Positions 11,683-24,440 are shown, counted from the first letter of the whole stretch. The stretch is 63,854 nt of DNA, filler included, from Folioceros fuciformis (GCA_049999805.1; 6 parts of 6 records of this genome joined end to end with filler, not necessarily neighbours in it), one strand, 5' to 3'. Made by a program: numbers and translations. Notes: generated from the sequence alone by a model not told the origin.

Positions 11683-14528
11683 ATGGCGGACGTGCAATGC
11701 ATTTGTCCTGCCATTCAGCGTTATTTCCCCATGGCCTCTTTAGCGCCTGCAAAGTCGCGTCTGCTCCTGCGTGGCTCGCTTCCCAGGGGGAACTGGGATT
11801 CGTTGCGTGCCAATTCGAGTAAGAGGAGGATTGGGTGGCCAGCTGACAAGGGCGGGTGGCGGGGTACTGTCGTGGCAGTCCTAAAAGAGCCACCTACTGA
11901 CTCTGTGGTGGAGGAGAATTCGACTCCAGGGGATTACGGTTTCTCACAGCCCATCACAGACGCAGTCGAGGACTCTACTGCCGATGACGACTCTGTCTCG
12001 ATGCCTCCCGATCTCAACTACCAAATTAGTGCTGAAGAGGAGTTGGCAGAGGCAAGAGCTGCGCAAAGGGCAATCAATGCCTTTGTCTACAGTTCCTCTG
12101 AGCTTTCTGAAGAGTATGGCAGGCAACCATTCAAGGTCTTCTAGCTCGCTATAAGTTGTTTCTCCTCCCTGGATCCGGATTCCCTTCAGGCCAGAGCAGC
12201 CACAATGGTATCTGGTGTTCCGGTCCAGACATGAACTCTGCCTAACACCTATAATGTTGTTGCTGCACTGCAGGTTGCCCAGCGGGCTTTGGCTATTCTG
12301 TCCTCCCTTGGCTCCTTCGCTATAATGCTTTTCATCGACCAGCGAATAGGGCAAGCAGAGAAGAATATGAGGCGGCGTGCCATCCAGCTGAGGATGAGGT
12401 TCACTGAGCTAGGGCCAACGTTCGTGAAGCTAGGGCAGGCTCTTTCCACCAGGCCTGATCTATGTCCGGTAGAATTCTTGGAAGAGCTTGCAGAACTGCA
12501 GGTATTCTCGCGCCATGTTATACTGCACCTCCCTTGCTGTACGAGGCTGGCTTGTATCGATGTACCTGTTGCTCACATTTCCCCTCCTTTCAGGATGCTC
12601 TGCCCACATTTCCTACCAGAGACGCGTTTGCTTGCATAGAGAGGGAGCTGGATATGCCACTTGAGTCCATGTTCTCGGCCATAACTGCAGAACCAATTGC
12701 AGCCGCAAGTCTGGGGCAGGTATACAAGGCACGTTTGAAGTCTACAGGGGTGGAGGTGGCTGTCAAGGTCCAACGCCCGGGCATTGAAGCTGCCGTAGGA
12801 TTGGACTTCTATCTGATAAGGGGACTGTGCCAACTCATTGATGAACACGTTGATATCATTACAACCAACGTGGTCGGTCTCCTGGACGAGTTTGCCTCCA
12901 GGGTTTACCAGGAGCTGAACTATGTGCAGGTCTGTGTCGCCAACGTTCCTCCCCCCTCCATTCCAACACCTTTAATATTCGTGCTTAAATTATCCTTTCT
13001 CGCATGTCTCATTTAAGGACTTGTTTGTTCTGTGTGGACAGGAGGCGCGCAATGCCAGACGATTCAAACAGCTTTATGGGGACAGGTCCGATGTAATAGT
13101 CCCTGGAGTGTTTTGGGATTACACTAGTCACAAAGTCCTGACAATGGAGTGGGTGGACGGAGTGAAGCTGAGTGAGCAAGATGTAATAGCAGAGCGTGGT
13201 CTCAATATTTTGCAGCTTGTGGACGTGGGCATCCAGTGTAGCCTGAGACAACTTTTAGAGCACGGTTATTTCCATGCAGATCCGCATCCAGGGAACCTCC
13301 TCGCCACGCCGGACGGGAAGCTTGCCTTCTTGGACTTTGGAATGATGAGCGAAACTCCAGAACGAGCTCGGTATGCCATCATTGGCCACGTTGTGCATTT
13401 GGTAAACCGGGATTATGATGCAATGGCACGGGACTACTACGCCCTGGACTTCCTCTCGCCGGAGGTGGATGTCTCTCCCATTGTACCAGCACTAAGGAAC
13501 TTCTTCGACGATGTCTTGGCTGCGACAGTCAGTGACCTCAACTTCAAGACTATTGTGGATGGGCTGGGAGGAGTGCTTTACCAATATCCCTTCAATGGTA
13601 AACGTAGTACAAGATATGTGATTGCTGCCGTGCCCTTCTCAGGTGTTGCAGTGTTCTAAGGCCATCCCTGTGTTTTCCTTTTGCAGTGCCCGCCTACTAT
13701 GCTCTGATATTGCGATCGCTGACTGTACTTGAGGGATTGGCCTTGTATACGGATCCCAACTTCAAGGTTCTTGCTGCGTCATACCCTTACTTTGCCAAGC
13801 GCCTTCTAACAGATCCTAACCCTTACCTTCGCGATGCTCTCGTGGAGCTCCTATTCAAGGATGGAACTTTCCGGTAAGGAAAAGTTAAGCAGGTTTTTGT
13901 CTCTTGGGTGCTGTTTGTCGGAATGCTAACCCATGGACTTCTTGATGCAGGTGGAACAGACTAGAAAACTTGTTGGCACAAGGCAGTAAAGACTCAGACT
14001 ACAACGCAAAGGATGCGTTGCAACCTGTACTGCAACTCCTCCTTGGTCCAGGGGCAGAAGACCTCAGGCGCCTAGTTGAGAACGAAGCTGTGCGCGTCAT
14101 GGAAGCGTTGATTGTTGGTACTGCCATCGAGAGTTACAGGGCTGTACCAGAAACGTGGCGCGCTTTCATACCCGGAGGAATGACCAGCGGTTTCATTCGC
14201 ATGAAGGAAAATGAGCAGGCTGCAGTACTTGCTCTGCGGGAGCAGGTCCTCAGAGTCTGGGGTCTTCTGCGAACTTCAAATGGTTTTGAGATACGAATGC
14301 TTCAACCCATCGTTGAGGTGTGCGGAGTGAGCTTGTCTTCCTGGCCTCAAGCACCTAAAGGGGGAAATTATCAGAGGGTCTCCTAATCCGTTTGGTTTCG
14401 TGTTACAGGTTCTCTCCCAACCGGAAGCACAGGCTATGAGCGGGCGTGTTGCTGGAGGTGTCACTCGTCGTCTTGCTGCTCGTACTTTGCAGCAATTCCT
14501 CTCATCCCCTGCAGCTTCTCCAGTGTGA
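11683..14528 (+). CDS. ABC1K3: ABC1/UbiB atypical kinase, ABC1K3-like (plastoglobule); exons 11683-12135, 12274-12501, 12594-12929, 13042-13597, 13687-13873, 13951-14317, 14409-14528
   Basis: Six GT-AG introns keep frame. Motifs [50 protein letters not shown], and a C-terminus ([28 protein letters not shown]) resembling Arabidopsis ABC1K3 as I recall it. Confidence 0.92.
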
Positions 14529-14796
14529 CAAACACAGCTGTCTACAACATTTTGTACACCATAGTGTAACATAAATTAATGCAATTGTGATCTGGCTGGT
14601 CGTTGCAAATTAGTGTCTAAATGCTCTTAGTGTACAAGTTCAAAATTGCCGGGCCACTGGTTGTACATCACTGGAATTGCCGACCGCAAGACTAAGGCTT
14701 ACGTCATCCAGGTGCTAGCAGTCTTCACCTCCGTACAGTCCGAAACCCGTCACGTTCCCCAGGAAAGCCTGGATGCTTTGCGCGGCTGCCACTTCA

Positions 14797-17700
14797 TTAC
14801 CAGTAATCACCGCAGGTGCATACCCCGTCCTTAACGTGGTGAAAGCGGCTAGGATCTCTTGCGACAATTTCCCTTCCAGTGATTCTGGAAATGATCTTGG
14901 TCGCTTGGTGACAGTCTCGACATACTCGGATGTTCTTCACGATGTGGATGGGGGTCCCAGGGGCGGTGCTGATGAGAGCAAAAGCCATCGCCAGCCTCTC
15001 ACTGTGGAAGCATGCAGAATCTTGCGTCTGCTCCTCTTCCGCGTCGTCGAGGTCACTGCCTGCATCGGGCACATACCCTGCCATTTGCATCTGTCCAGAG
15101 AGTCTCTCCAGCTCTGCATATATCGCCTCTGTACGTGGATGTGATTTGTCTCCAGCAACAAATTGGTGTGTTCGGTTCTGGAGCTCAATCCAAGTGCACC
15201 CTGGCATCTTTCTTACACCCCTCTCTGTCATTAAGTTTCTAACCTTTGATTCCTCCTCCTTCTGGCCAAGTGCTGCATAGGTATTTGCCAGAAGCACGTA
15301 GGCTGACGCCTTTTGTGGCTCCAGTTCAATGACATGCTTCGCGGCACGCTGTGCAAGCTTGATATTGTTATGGATTCTGCTAGCTGCCAACAAAGACATC
15401 CAAACAGCCATAGTAGGTTGCACAGGCATCTGGTTGACAATTTGTTCAGCTTCATCCAAACGCCCTGCACGACCAAAAAGGTCCACTAGACATGCGTAGT
15501 GCTCATTTGTAGGAAGTATCCCGTATTCTCGCGACATGGACTCAAAGTGCTTGCACCCTTCATCTATTAAGCCCTTGTGGTTGCATGCAGATAGGACAGA
15601 TAGAAAGGTTATGTGGTTGAGCTTCACATTTTGCAGTTTCATCTGTTCAAATAGGTTAAGGGCATCCTGGCCTAGTCCGTTGTGACCATATCCAGCTATC
15701 ATAGTATTCCATGATACCACATCCCGCTCAGGCATCTGTTCAAAAACATGTCGCGCAACTTCTGGCTTCCCACATTTTGCATACATGTCAACAAGGGCAT
15801 TGCCGACAAAGAGATTTGTAGGGAATTCACTTTCTCTTATGAGGTCGTGAATTTGCTTTCCCTGTTTCAGTGCTACTCTGCTAGCACAAGCATTCAATGC
15901 AGAAACAACCGAGATCATGCTGGGCTTCACACCATCCTTCTGCATTCGCTCAAATAGTTGCAGACATTCCTGTGGACATCCATGCTGAGCATAGCCCACA
16001 AGGAGTGTGGACCAGGAAACCACGTCTTTCTTGGCCAACTTCTCGAAGGTATAACGTGCAGCAAACAAATCCCCACATTTCATGTACATGTCCAAGAGGC
16101 AGTTGCCCACTGAAATATCAGACTCATAACCACGTGCGCTAATTTGGTCGTGGATCTGCTTGCCTTCTTCAAGTGCCGCCATGCTGGCACATCCGTTCAA
16201 AACACTGACAAACGTTAAAGAATCAGGCTTCACTCCTGCCTGCTGCATGTTATCAAAAGTTTGCAGAGCCTTCTTGCCTTGTCCAAGCTGTGCATACCCC
16301 TTGATCATCGAATTCCAAGATACTATATCCCTTGTGGGCATACTGTCAAAGACCGAGTACGCGTCCTCCATGCTTCCACACCCTGCATACATGTCAATCA
16401 GAGCATTCGCTAAAACAATGTTTGTTCCATATCCACGCTCCGTGAGAAGAGCATGAAGTCGTCTACCTTCATCACAGTCGCCCAGGGTCACACATGCACC
16501 CAAAACCGCCAGAAATGTAACACTATCTGGCTGGACGCTTTCATTCAACATGTCTTTATACAGCATCAGGGCATCCCTGCAAAGCCCTTGCTGAACATAA
16601 CCCTTGATTACAACATTCCACAAAACCACATCTTGCTTTGGCAATTTATCAAAAATTTGACGCGCAGTTTCCATCCTCCCACACTTCCCATACATATCTG
16701 CAAGAGCTGTCCCCACTAGCACATCCGAGTCCAACCCATTCTGAATGATCTGCATATGGATGCGCTTACCATCTTCTAGCGTTGCTGCATTGCCGCACGC
16801 AGTAGAAACCAGCACAAAGGATGCTTGGTCCGGCTCTATCCCTTCTTCCTGCTGCATATTGTGAAACAATCTCAGAACCATGTCATTGTGTCCACAGCTC
16901 AGATAGACCTTGAGCATCCCATTCCAAGATGCAACATCCTCTCTAGGTAACATGCTAAACACATCCTGAGCTTCCTTCACTTTCCCAAACCTAGCATACA
17001 TATCCATCAGAGCATTCCCCACAAACACATCCGATGCAAATCCTTTTACATCAAGTAATCTATGCACTTTTCGGCCCTCGTCCAAAGCAGGTATGCTGGC
17101 ACAAGCCTTCAAAACGTACACAAACGTTAGCGCATCTGGCTGCAGGGGGGACAGCTGCATCTGGTGGAAGAGTCTAAGAGCTTCCTTACCCTGCCCATGT
17201 TCCACACATCCTCGTAGCATTGCATTCCATGTGAAAACTCCTCGCACAGGCATGGTACAAAATGCCTTGAAGGCCTCCTCCAGCATCCCACACTGGGTGT
17301 ACATGTCGACAAGGGCAGTCCCCACAAAAACATCAGAATCCACCCCATTTCTCCGTGTTTGAGTGTGGATTTCTGTTCCTTCTTTGAGAGCTGCTCTGCT
17401 GGCGCATCCATTCAGGACACAAGCAAAGGTGACTGCGTTTGGTCTCACATTAGCTTGCTGCATCTGCTGGTAGAGCTTGAGACTCTCTTCTCCAAGCCCA
17501 CTCCGGGCGTAGCTAGAAATTATCGCATTCCAAGATACCACATCTCTCCTCTGCATGTTGTTGAAGACTTGACGCGCATCTTCTATGCTGCCACACTTTG
17601 CATACATATCGATCAAGGCATTTTCCACATAAATGTCCACTTCAGACCCACTGTTACGGATGAAAGCATGGACCCTTCTTCCCTCTTCCAAATCCACCAG

Positions 17701-18051
17701 TCTTGCACAGGCATTCAATATCGTAACAAAGATAAATTTGTCAGGCTTAACACCTGCAATATCCATCTTTTTGAAAAGCTTGAGAGTCTCAATAGATTGC
17801 CCATGGCTCGCGTATCCCTTCATAAGCGCTGTCCATGCAAATACTTTTTGTTTAGGCAAGTTGTCAAATATCTTGCGAGCCTCCACCATTCTCCCACAAC
17901 TTGCATACATTCTGATAACATGGCCCGCCAAGAAAGGGCTGGACTCCAACCCATTTCTAAGTATATAAGAATGTACGTGCTTGCCATCTGCTAAACTTTT
18001 CTTTAGTGCACACTCCTGTAAGAGTTGAGCAATAAGTTCACTGTGTAGACG
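14797..18051 (-). CDS. PLS-class PPR protein with E1-E2-DYW deaminase domain (organellar C-to-U editing factor); 5' end lost in gap
   Basis: Uninterrupted ORF of about 8 PLS triplets, PG box PGCTWIE, HSERLA, CRDCH, terminal DYW. The frame stays open upstream of 17949 (..LLQECALKKSLADGKHVHSYILRNG) into the N gap. Confidence 0.96.
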   Translation of the reverse strand, partial: RLHSELIAQLLQECALKKSLADGKHVHSYILRNGLESSPFLAGHVIRMYASCGRMVEARKIFDNLPKQKVFAWTALMKGYASHGQSIETLKLFKKMDIAGVKPDKFIFVTILNACARLVDLEEGRRVHAFIRNSGSEVDIYVENALIDMYAKCGSIEDARQVFNNMQRRDVVSWNAIISSYARSGLGEESLKLYQQMQQANVRPNAVTFACVLNGCASRAALKEGTEIHTQTRRNGVDSDVFVGTALVDMYTQCGMLEEAFKAFCTMPVRGVFTWNAMLRGCVEHGQGKEALRLFHQMQLSPLQPDALTFVYVLKACASIPALDEGRKVHRLLDVKGFASDVFVGNALMDMYARFGKVKEAQDVFSMLPREDVASWNGMLKVYLSCGHNDMVLRLFHNMQQEEGIEPDQASFVLVSTACGNAATLEDGKRIHMQIIQNGLDSDVLVGTALADMYGKCGRMETARQIFDKLPKQDVVLWNVVIKGYVQQGLCRDALMLYKDMLNESVQPDSVTFLAVLGACVTLGDCDEGRRLHALLTERGYGTNIVLANALIDMYAGCGSMEDAYSVFDSMPTRDIVSWNSMIKGYAQLGQGKKALQTFDNMQQAGVKPDSLTFVSVLNGCASMAALEEGKQIHDQISARGYESDISVGNCLLDMYMKCGDLFAARYTFEKLAKKDVVSWSTLLVGYAQHGCPQECLQLFERMQKDGVKPSMISVVSALNACASRVALKQGKQIHDLIRESEFPTNLFVGNALVDMYAKCGKPEVARHVFEQMPERDVVSWNTMIAGYGHNGLGQDALNLFEQMKLQNVKLNHITFLSVLSACNHKGLIDEGCKHFESMSREYGILPTNEHYACLVDLFGRAGRLDEAEQIVNQMPVQPTMAVWMSLLAASRIHNNIKLAQRAAKHVIELEPQKASAYVLLANTYAALGQKEEESKVRNLMTERGVRKMPGCTWIELQNRTHQFVAGDKSHPRTEAIYAELERLSGQMQMAGYVPDAGSDLDDAEEEQTQDSACFHSERLAMAFALISTAPGTPIHIVKNIRVCRDCHQATKIISRITGREIVARDPSRFHHVKDGVCTCGDYW

Positions 18052-18151
18052 NNNNNNNNNNNNNNNNNNNNNNNNNNNNNNNNNNNNNNNNNNNNTTAAT
18101 TAATTAANNNNNNNNNNNNNNNNNNNNNNNNNNNNNNNNNNNNNNNNNNNN
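18052..18151. other. Artificial contig spacer (also 25075-25174, 35110-35209, 45143-45242, 57606-57705)
   Basis: Identical N44-TTAATTAATTAA-N44 blocks; the core gives stops in all six frames. Confidence 0.98.
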
Positions 18152-18699
18152 GGCTAGGCTCCTTAGCAGCCTGCTAGACCACCAGCTAGCCACCGGCCTG
18201 TCATAGACTGCCCCGGCGACCTGCCACAGGCGACCGTACCGCCTTGCCCCCATCTGGCCTACCTCCTCCGTTGCGGGGATGCCTGTCTCTTTCATATCTA
18301 CCCCTGGCCAACTCCGCAAGCCAAAGCCCGGTTGCTATCGGCCCCTGATCTGACCAGATCCAGGCCACCGCCCCGATCCCGCCGGTCTACTAATTCGGCC
18401 ACCAATGCTCTCGTGATCCCTATCCACCCAATGCACCTAGGTAGCATCCCGACACCTCCATCCCGTCCCCAGCTTCCACCAGCAGTCTCCTAGAGAGAGC
18501 CAAGCCCCGCTCGCCTTCCATGACGTCCTGGGGTTTACTATTCCTCCATCACCTTACTCCGGGGACCAGAGCCCACGTCCTATCTACCACACAACCTACC
18601 TACCCTATCGACTCACCATCAATCTCTTCTAACCTAATCTCCCAACCTTTCCTCTACAACACTCACTCACAAATCCAAAAAAAAGAAAACCTATCATTT

Positions 18700-20044
18700 C
18701 CCAGGCGTCTGTTCAGCATGTGGAATCCACACTGATTCACAGCCAATATATGACCTTCCGAGATCCTTGACTCTAATCGTTCAGCGCCTTAATCTGCTCC
18801 GCTATTGCATTCCGTTCAAGTACTACAGGGGGTTTTTCATGCTCCCCCTCAATGTAGTCCCAATAACCCTTTCCCATAAGAAAGTTTGTAAAACGAAACT
18901 TCCAAGCATGGAAGTTGTTTTTGTCCAGCTTCTCTTGCACGATCTGGTTAATACTGTCACTGGCCATTCTTGCCACCTCTCAAGGTTGACACTCAATCCT
19001 TCTTGAGTACTCACACCTGATAAATGTCTGCAAGAAAGAGATTGCTTCTGATTGGAGTTTTACTCACAAGACCTTAAGTCTCTTCTTCCTAAGAGCAATC
19101 TGGTGCGGAATCACGTTGCCTTGCGTGAACCAAATTTTCTCATGCTACGTGTCCTTACAAACTCTTGACGATCTGCCCACAAGCTCCCGTGAGATTTCCT
19201 GTCAATTCCTTCCCTGCTGCCAAGTTAGGGTTAGCACACTTTCTTGCAGCTGCTGAGGCTACTGCAGCTGTTGCCTCCACCTGTCAGCCCTTCCACAGAG
19301 CTCCGAGGATCGACAACTCGTCCTGTAAGCTGACAAGGCCTTGTCGCCCTTCTCCTCACTTCCTGCACACACTGATATGAGAGTTAGCTGCCGGGACGCT
19401 TGTTACCAAGCTCCCTTCAACAGCCCGTCCTGTAAGCTGACAAGGCCTTGTTGCCCTTCTCCTCACTTCGTGCACACACTGATATGAGAGTTAGCTGCCA
19501 GGACGCTTGCTGCCGAGCTCCCTTCAACAGCCCGTCCTGTAAGCTAACAAGGCCTTGTCGCCCTTCTCCTCACTTCGTGCCCACACTGATATGAGAGTTA
19601 GCTGCCGGGACGCTTGCTGCCGAGCCCCCTTCAAGCTGCTCCCACTCCTCGTAGCTGCTCCAGCTCCTGGTGTGCACTCTTGCTACCTCTTGCAACACCT
19701 CCTACGCCGATCTTGCACCGCCCTCAAGTGTAGCCGCCTGGCTCTCCGGCTGTGGGCTACGCTTGGCAATCTGGCTCTCAAGCTCTGATACCATGTCAAT
19801 AGGATCGACTCCAGTCTATGTGCAAGTGTAGGAGAGGAGAGGAGAGAAGAGAGGGTGGTATTGGTGGTCACAACCAAAAACAATACACATCACCACTATC
19901 TTACTATGGAGGTCCGAGGTCTTCATTTAAGTAGTACATTTAGGCCTACACAACTTCCAAGTTCAATATGGGATAATCTACACTATCCTAAGTTCATTAA
20001 TAACTAGAACTAGTTTAGTATGAACCCAACCGGGATGACTAACA
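18700..20044 (-). mobile_element. Ty1/copia 5' fragment: LTR ~19794-20044, tRNA-Met PBS, leader, gag N-terminus
   Basis: PBS TGGTATCAGAGC at 19782-19793 (-) abuts the LTR CA end. gag reads KLDKNNFHAWKFRFTNFLMGKGYWDYIEG. Confidence 0.88.
19320..19634. repeat. 107-bp tandem repeat x3 in copia leader
   Basis: GTCCTGTAAGCT.ACAAGGCCTTGT.GCCCTTCTCCTCAC units at 19320, 19427 and 19534. Confidence 0.95.
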
Positions 20045-20049
20045 CCACA

Positions 20050-23000
20050 TGAGTTTAGCTTATATAGAGCTCGATAACTCAACAGAAGGATGCTCCTCTC
20101 CACTAAGTTCCTAGGAAAGGAGCTGGGACCAGACCAAGGTGGCGCAGCAAGGTTTCTGCCCTCCAGGGCTGGAGAATCCTACAGGGATTAGTGGCCAAGG
20201 AAGCCGGTCGTCAGAAAAACTTGCCAGGCAGAAAGACAAACAATAATCAGTCAACCTTACAGTTACGAGGAAAGTTCACGATACTTGCTCGTACCTGGTT
20301 ACGTTAAGAGATAAGGGGGAGCTGCTCCCTATCATTATTCCATTGCAGCAGTTGCACTCAGGGCAAGACAGGATTTTTGTCGCCTTGTCATCCGAAGGGG
20401 TTCAGGCGAGTAAGGAAGGCAAGGAGGTGGAGTTTTTCAGTGGTATTTACTAGTTGGGTGACGAATATTTTGCTGATATCCACCTCAAACAGACATGCGC
20501 ACCCACTGTGCCGCTTACTCCTGAATGGAGGTGGACCCTAGACGTGCCGTGGCCGACCGACAGGTCCTGGACTCCATACATGGCCGTGGGGGAGTGTAAG
20601 AGGCTCTTAAGTGCTGAGGGCAGAAGGTGTGCACCTGCAGTCCGTAAATCTGAACGACTTCAAAGAATGTCCCTAGAGCTTAGAGCTAATAATCAACTTT
20701 TTCGGTCTCGACTCATGTCTGGGGTTAGGATGCCTTAACCGGCTGCGGTCCGGAAGCTCCCAAGCAAATCCTGATTAATGGGTCTCGACACCTTAAAAAA
20801 TTATGAGAGGGGGACACAACTGCGAATCATTTCATGGAATGTGAGGGGTTTAGGGGGATGGTCAAAGACAGCTTCCAAGTGTAGGAGGCTAAAGCACCTG
20901 TTAGAAGAGGAGGTCACTTGGGATGTTGTTTGCTTGCAAGAGCACAAGCTCTCTATGGAGCATATCCAAAAAGTGAAGAAGCTCTTCCTTCCGGGTAGAA
21001 TTGAATGGGTGGCAGCTAAAGCAGAGGAAGCAAGCGGAGGGGAGTACCCAGCTCAACGAACATCCGCAACCTAGGGGGGGGGGGGGGGGTGTCCATAACT
21101 ATTCACCCAGAACACACTCACAATATCTTGGAGTCGGGTCAAGATGAGGGTGGTAGGTTTGTGTGGCTGGTGCTACAAACACCTCAAGGCCCACTCGGCA
21201 TCTGTAATATTTATGCCCCAATGTTGCCTCTGACAAGAGTAGTCTCCGGGGTAGGGTTGGGGAACAGCTGGATATGCAGATACCATGGATGTTGGCTGGG
21301 GATTTCAACTTTGTTGAAAGACGGGAAGATATCCGAGGAGAGAGCCCAGTTGATATTCGATCGGTGCCCATGTCTTGGTAGGAACTGAGAGACAATGTCT
21401 AGGCTGTTCAGGATCCGTGGCTGGCCCTCCCAGCGCACCATCAGCTGCAATCCTTGAAGTTCAGTTGGACTAACTAACAGCAGCAGAATTTGGGATCGTG
21501 CAGATTGGACAGATTTTATGTTCCGTCTGGTTGGTTACCCCTTGTGCAGTCATACAGTATCCTTGCTAATACGATCCTGTCGGATCATCACCCTATTGGC
21601 TTGCACTTGAGGTTTGCCCCTGCCTCGGAGAGGCAGAGGAGGTATATGCAAAACTTTCGGATGAACACGTCCTTACTTAAGGAAAAAGGTGTGTTCGTGG
21701 AGGTCAAAAACATCTGGCAGGGAATAGAACAGGGCGAAGAGCCTGCTGTGTGTAGATTGATATGTGCTAACAATGTCGCGACTAGGTATTTGAGGAAACG
21801 GGGGGTCCAAAGGGCGAAGGAACTGCGCCAGCAAGAATGTTTTTGGAGAGAGGAACTAAGCTGGCTACAAAGGAGTTGTGAGGAGCGGGACTTCACAATC
21901 GAAGAAGAAGCCCAAAATACAGAGGTGTTATGCGCCTTGGCCAATTTGGAAGAAGACAGAGCCAGAGGGTGGTTTAAACGGGCGAAGGTTAAATGGGTAA
22001 AGGAAGGGGATGGTCTATCTAAATTCTTTTTCGATAAGGTGGCTGAAATCGGCACAGGTCGCGCATTCTTGCTCTCCCGGATGTGCAAGGAGTGATGCAG
22101 GAGTCACTTGAAGGTTTGAAAAAACTCATCATCCTTTTCTATGTTGGAATTTTTCCCAGCGTTGGGAAAGTGGCAGAGTGGGAGCGGCTCTGGGCGTCAT
22201 CCTATGGGTCACTTCCGGCTAAAGTGTTTGAAGTCCAGCGTCGGGAGCTGGATAAGCTGATTACTGCAGATGAAGTGCTCCAAGCACTAAAGGGGATGCC
22301 AAGGAATAAGTTCCCGGGTCAGGACGGTATCCTGCCTGAGTTTCTGCTATGGGAGTGGGAGTTTATGTAGCCTTTATTCATGGAGGCGGTGGACATGATC
22401 TAGAAGGAAGGCAGTATGGGGAGTTGGTTTAACATGGGGGTCATCGCCTTGCTCCCTAAGCAGAACGCTAGTTTATCGATCTCCAATTGGCGTCCAATCA
22501 CCTTGCTTACAACTACGTACAAGGTGATAGCTAAGGTTCTAGCTAACCGCATTAAGCCTTTTCTGGATGATTGTATTGAGAAAGAACAGCGGGGGTTCAT
22601 CTAGAACAGATGCATCTTGGACAACCTTCTACTCTTGCGGGAAGCTAAGTATAATACGCAGGTTTAGAAGAAAGCTGCTGTTTTCATTTCCCTGGATTTT
22701 TACAAGGCTTATGATTCCATTGAGTGGCACCTTTTGGGGAGGTGCTTGCATAGCTTTGGGTTCGGGAATAACTTTTGTAGGTGGATCGCCATTTTGTGTG
22801 AAGATGCAGGGACCAAGGTTGCGGTCAATGGAACCTTTACGGAGCGTTTTGGCATTCATCGGTTGGTACGTCAGGGTTGCCCCCTTGCTCCATTCTTATT
22901 TATTATTGTTACTGACTTCTTCCTATGAGCAGTTAAGCAAGACCAAGCAGTTGAGGGTATTCGCAACCCAGATGGATGGCAGTTAAGGGCTATGCTTTTG

Positions 23001-23513
23001 TAGACGATACGCTTCTTTTTTCCTCGGCAGAGGAGGCCTCTTTGAATGCTCTGCTCCAACAGGTCAAGGTCTTTGGGGAATTGTTGGGGTGCAAGGTTAA
23101 TTGGAGTAAGACTCATATGATGTGTGTGCACATGGAAGGGGAGTTGCCTCCATGCATTCGACATATTCGGAGAGTGACGTAGGGGTGCTCTCACAAATAT
23201 CTGGGACTTCCCTTCCATGAGGGAGAAGAGAACGGTGAGATAGGTAAGTATGTGTGCCTCAAATTCATTCATAAAGCGGCAAGCTTGCAGCTGTTGGAGC
23301 TTAACCTTGCAGGAAGGTTGGTGGTGATTAATCATATCCTATTAGCCTCGCTATGGTATTATTTGTTCTTGTGGGCCCCTTCCAAGACAGAGGTTAAACG
23401 GTTGCAATAGGTGTTGACCTCTTTCTTGTGGAAGCGTGCAGGGATAGCTCGGCTAGGGTGCTCTAAGGTGGCTTGGAAACACATTATTCAGGCACGTAGT
23501 TTGGGGGGGCTTG
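20050..23513 (+). mobile_element. L1-clade LINE, degenerate ORF2 (APE endonuclease + RT)
   Basis: ISWNVRGL, CLQEHK, GDFN, RLDRF, SDHHP, PGQDGI, WRPITLL, LDFYKAYD, RQGCPLAP, FVDD, KYLG, KVAW..GGLG. Many stops; interrupted by a copia LTR. Confidence 0.92.
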
Positions 23514-24440
23514 GGTAACGCGGCGTACACAAAATACAAGGTTGCATAAAAGAAAAATAGCGCACATAGTTCTTGTAGGTTTGTGCGTGCGCGCGCGGGT
23601 GACACACGACGGTTATTCGTGTAACTACCTTCTAACCCTAACTACTTATTTTAGGTTAGCTGTTTGACATTATTTTACGCTTTATAAGGAGGGCCGAATA
23701 TCTCAACACCCCCACTTGAGGTCCTATCTTATACTATTAATACTTCTAATGCCGCTCTTACGCTCAGCCGTTAGACTCTGCGACACGATTCAGGCAAAAG
23801 CTACTCTCTCCTTCACTACTTCGCAGCACCTAAGCTTGCACCAACGGCGGCTGCTACTAGTCGGTACATGGAATGGCTGCACACTGGTCTGCCGCACTGC
23901 AAATTGGGCTCCACCCTCCTTCATTTGCAAGAAGACAGGGCTTTACCTTCTGCGAGTGGGAATTGATGACAAAACTTCACCTGGCACCAGTCGGAACTTC
24001 TACATAGCTGACAATTTGTCCATGGATTGCGTATAGGCAGACTGTTTGCTGTTACTTCTCACAGGCTGCTATGCCCAACCTATTTGCATGTTCGTTGTAC
24101 AGCTCTCTAGGCAGGCTTTATTCAGTGGATCCGTAGAGTTCTCAGTTATAGGAATATTCTGGACTATCATCTGACCATTGCTCACCACTTCTCTTATGAA
24201 ATGGTGGTGTATTTCCATATGCTTCACCTTAGAGTGGAAAATAGGGTTTCTTGATAGCGCAATGGCGCCCTGATTATCACATTGAAGAATGGTGGCGCTC
24301 GATTGCTTCATCCCAACATCAGATAGGTTCCACCTAATCCAGATTGCCTCGTTTGCAGCTACTGTAAGTGCTTTGTATTCATCATATAAAGCTTCTGTGG
24401 TGGCAGTTGATACGGTTGCTTGTTTCTTGCTTGTCCATGC
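23514..24440 (-). mobile_element. Ty1/copia 3' fragment: RNase H, ~360-bp 3' region, PPT, LTR ~23514-23708
   Basis: WTSKKQATVS..CDNQGAIALSRNPIFHSKVKHMEIHHHFIRE. PPT AAGTGGGGG precedes TGTTGAGA on the minus strand. Confidence 0.88.

Noticed and set aside
14797-15210. DYW domain as a possible U-to-C (KP-type) editor
   Set aside because: It has a canonical PG box, HSE, CxxC and DYW end, so it is the ordinary C-to-U type.
18096-18107. Recurrent TTAATTAATTAA palindrome
   Set aside because: Always centred in 100-bp N blocks; an assembly linker.
19320-19634. CRISPR-like periodicity
   Set aside because: Whole units repeat with no unique spacers, and the context is eukaryotic.
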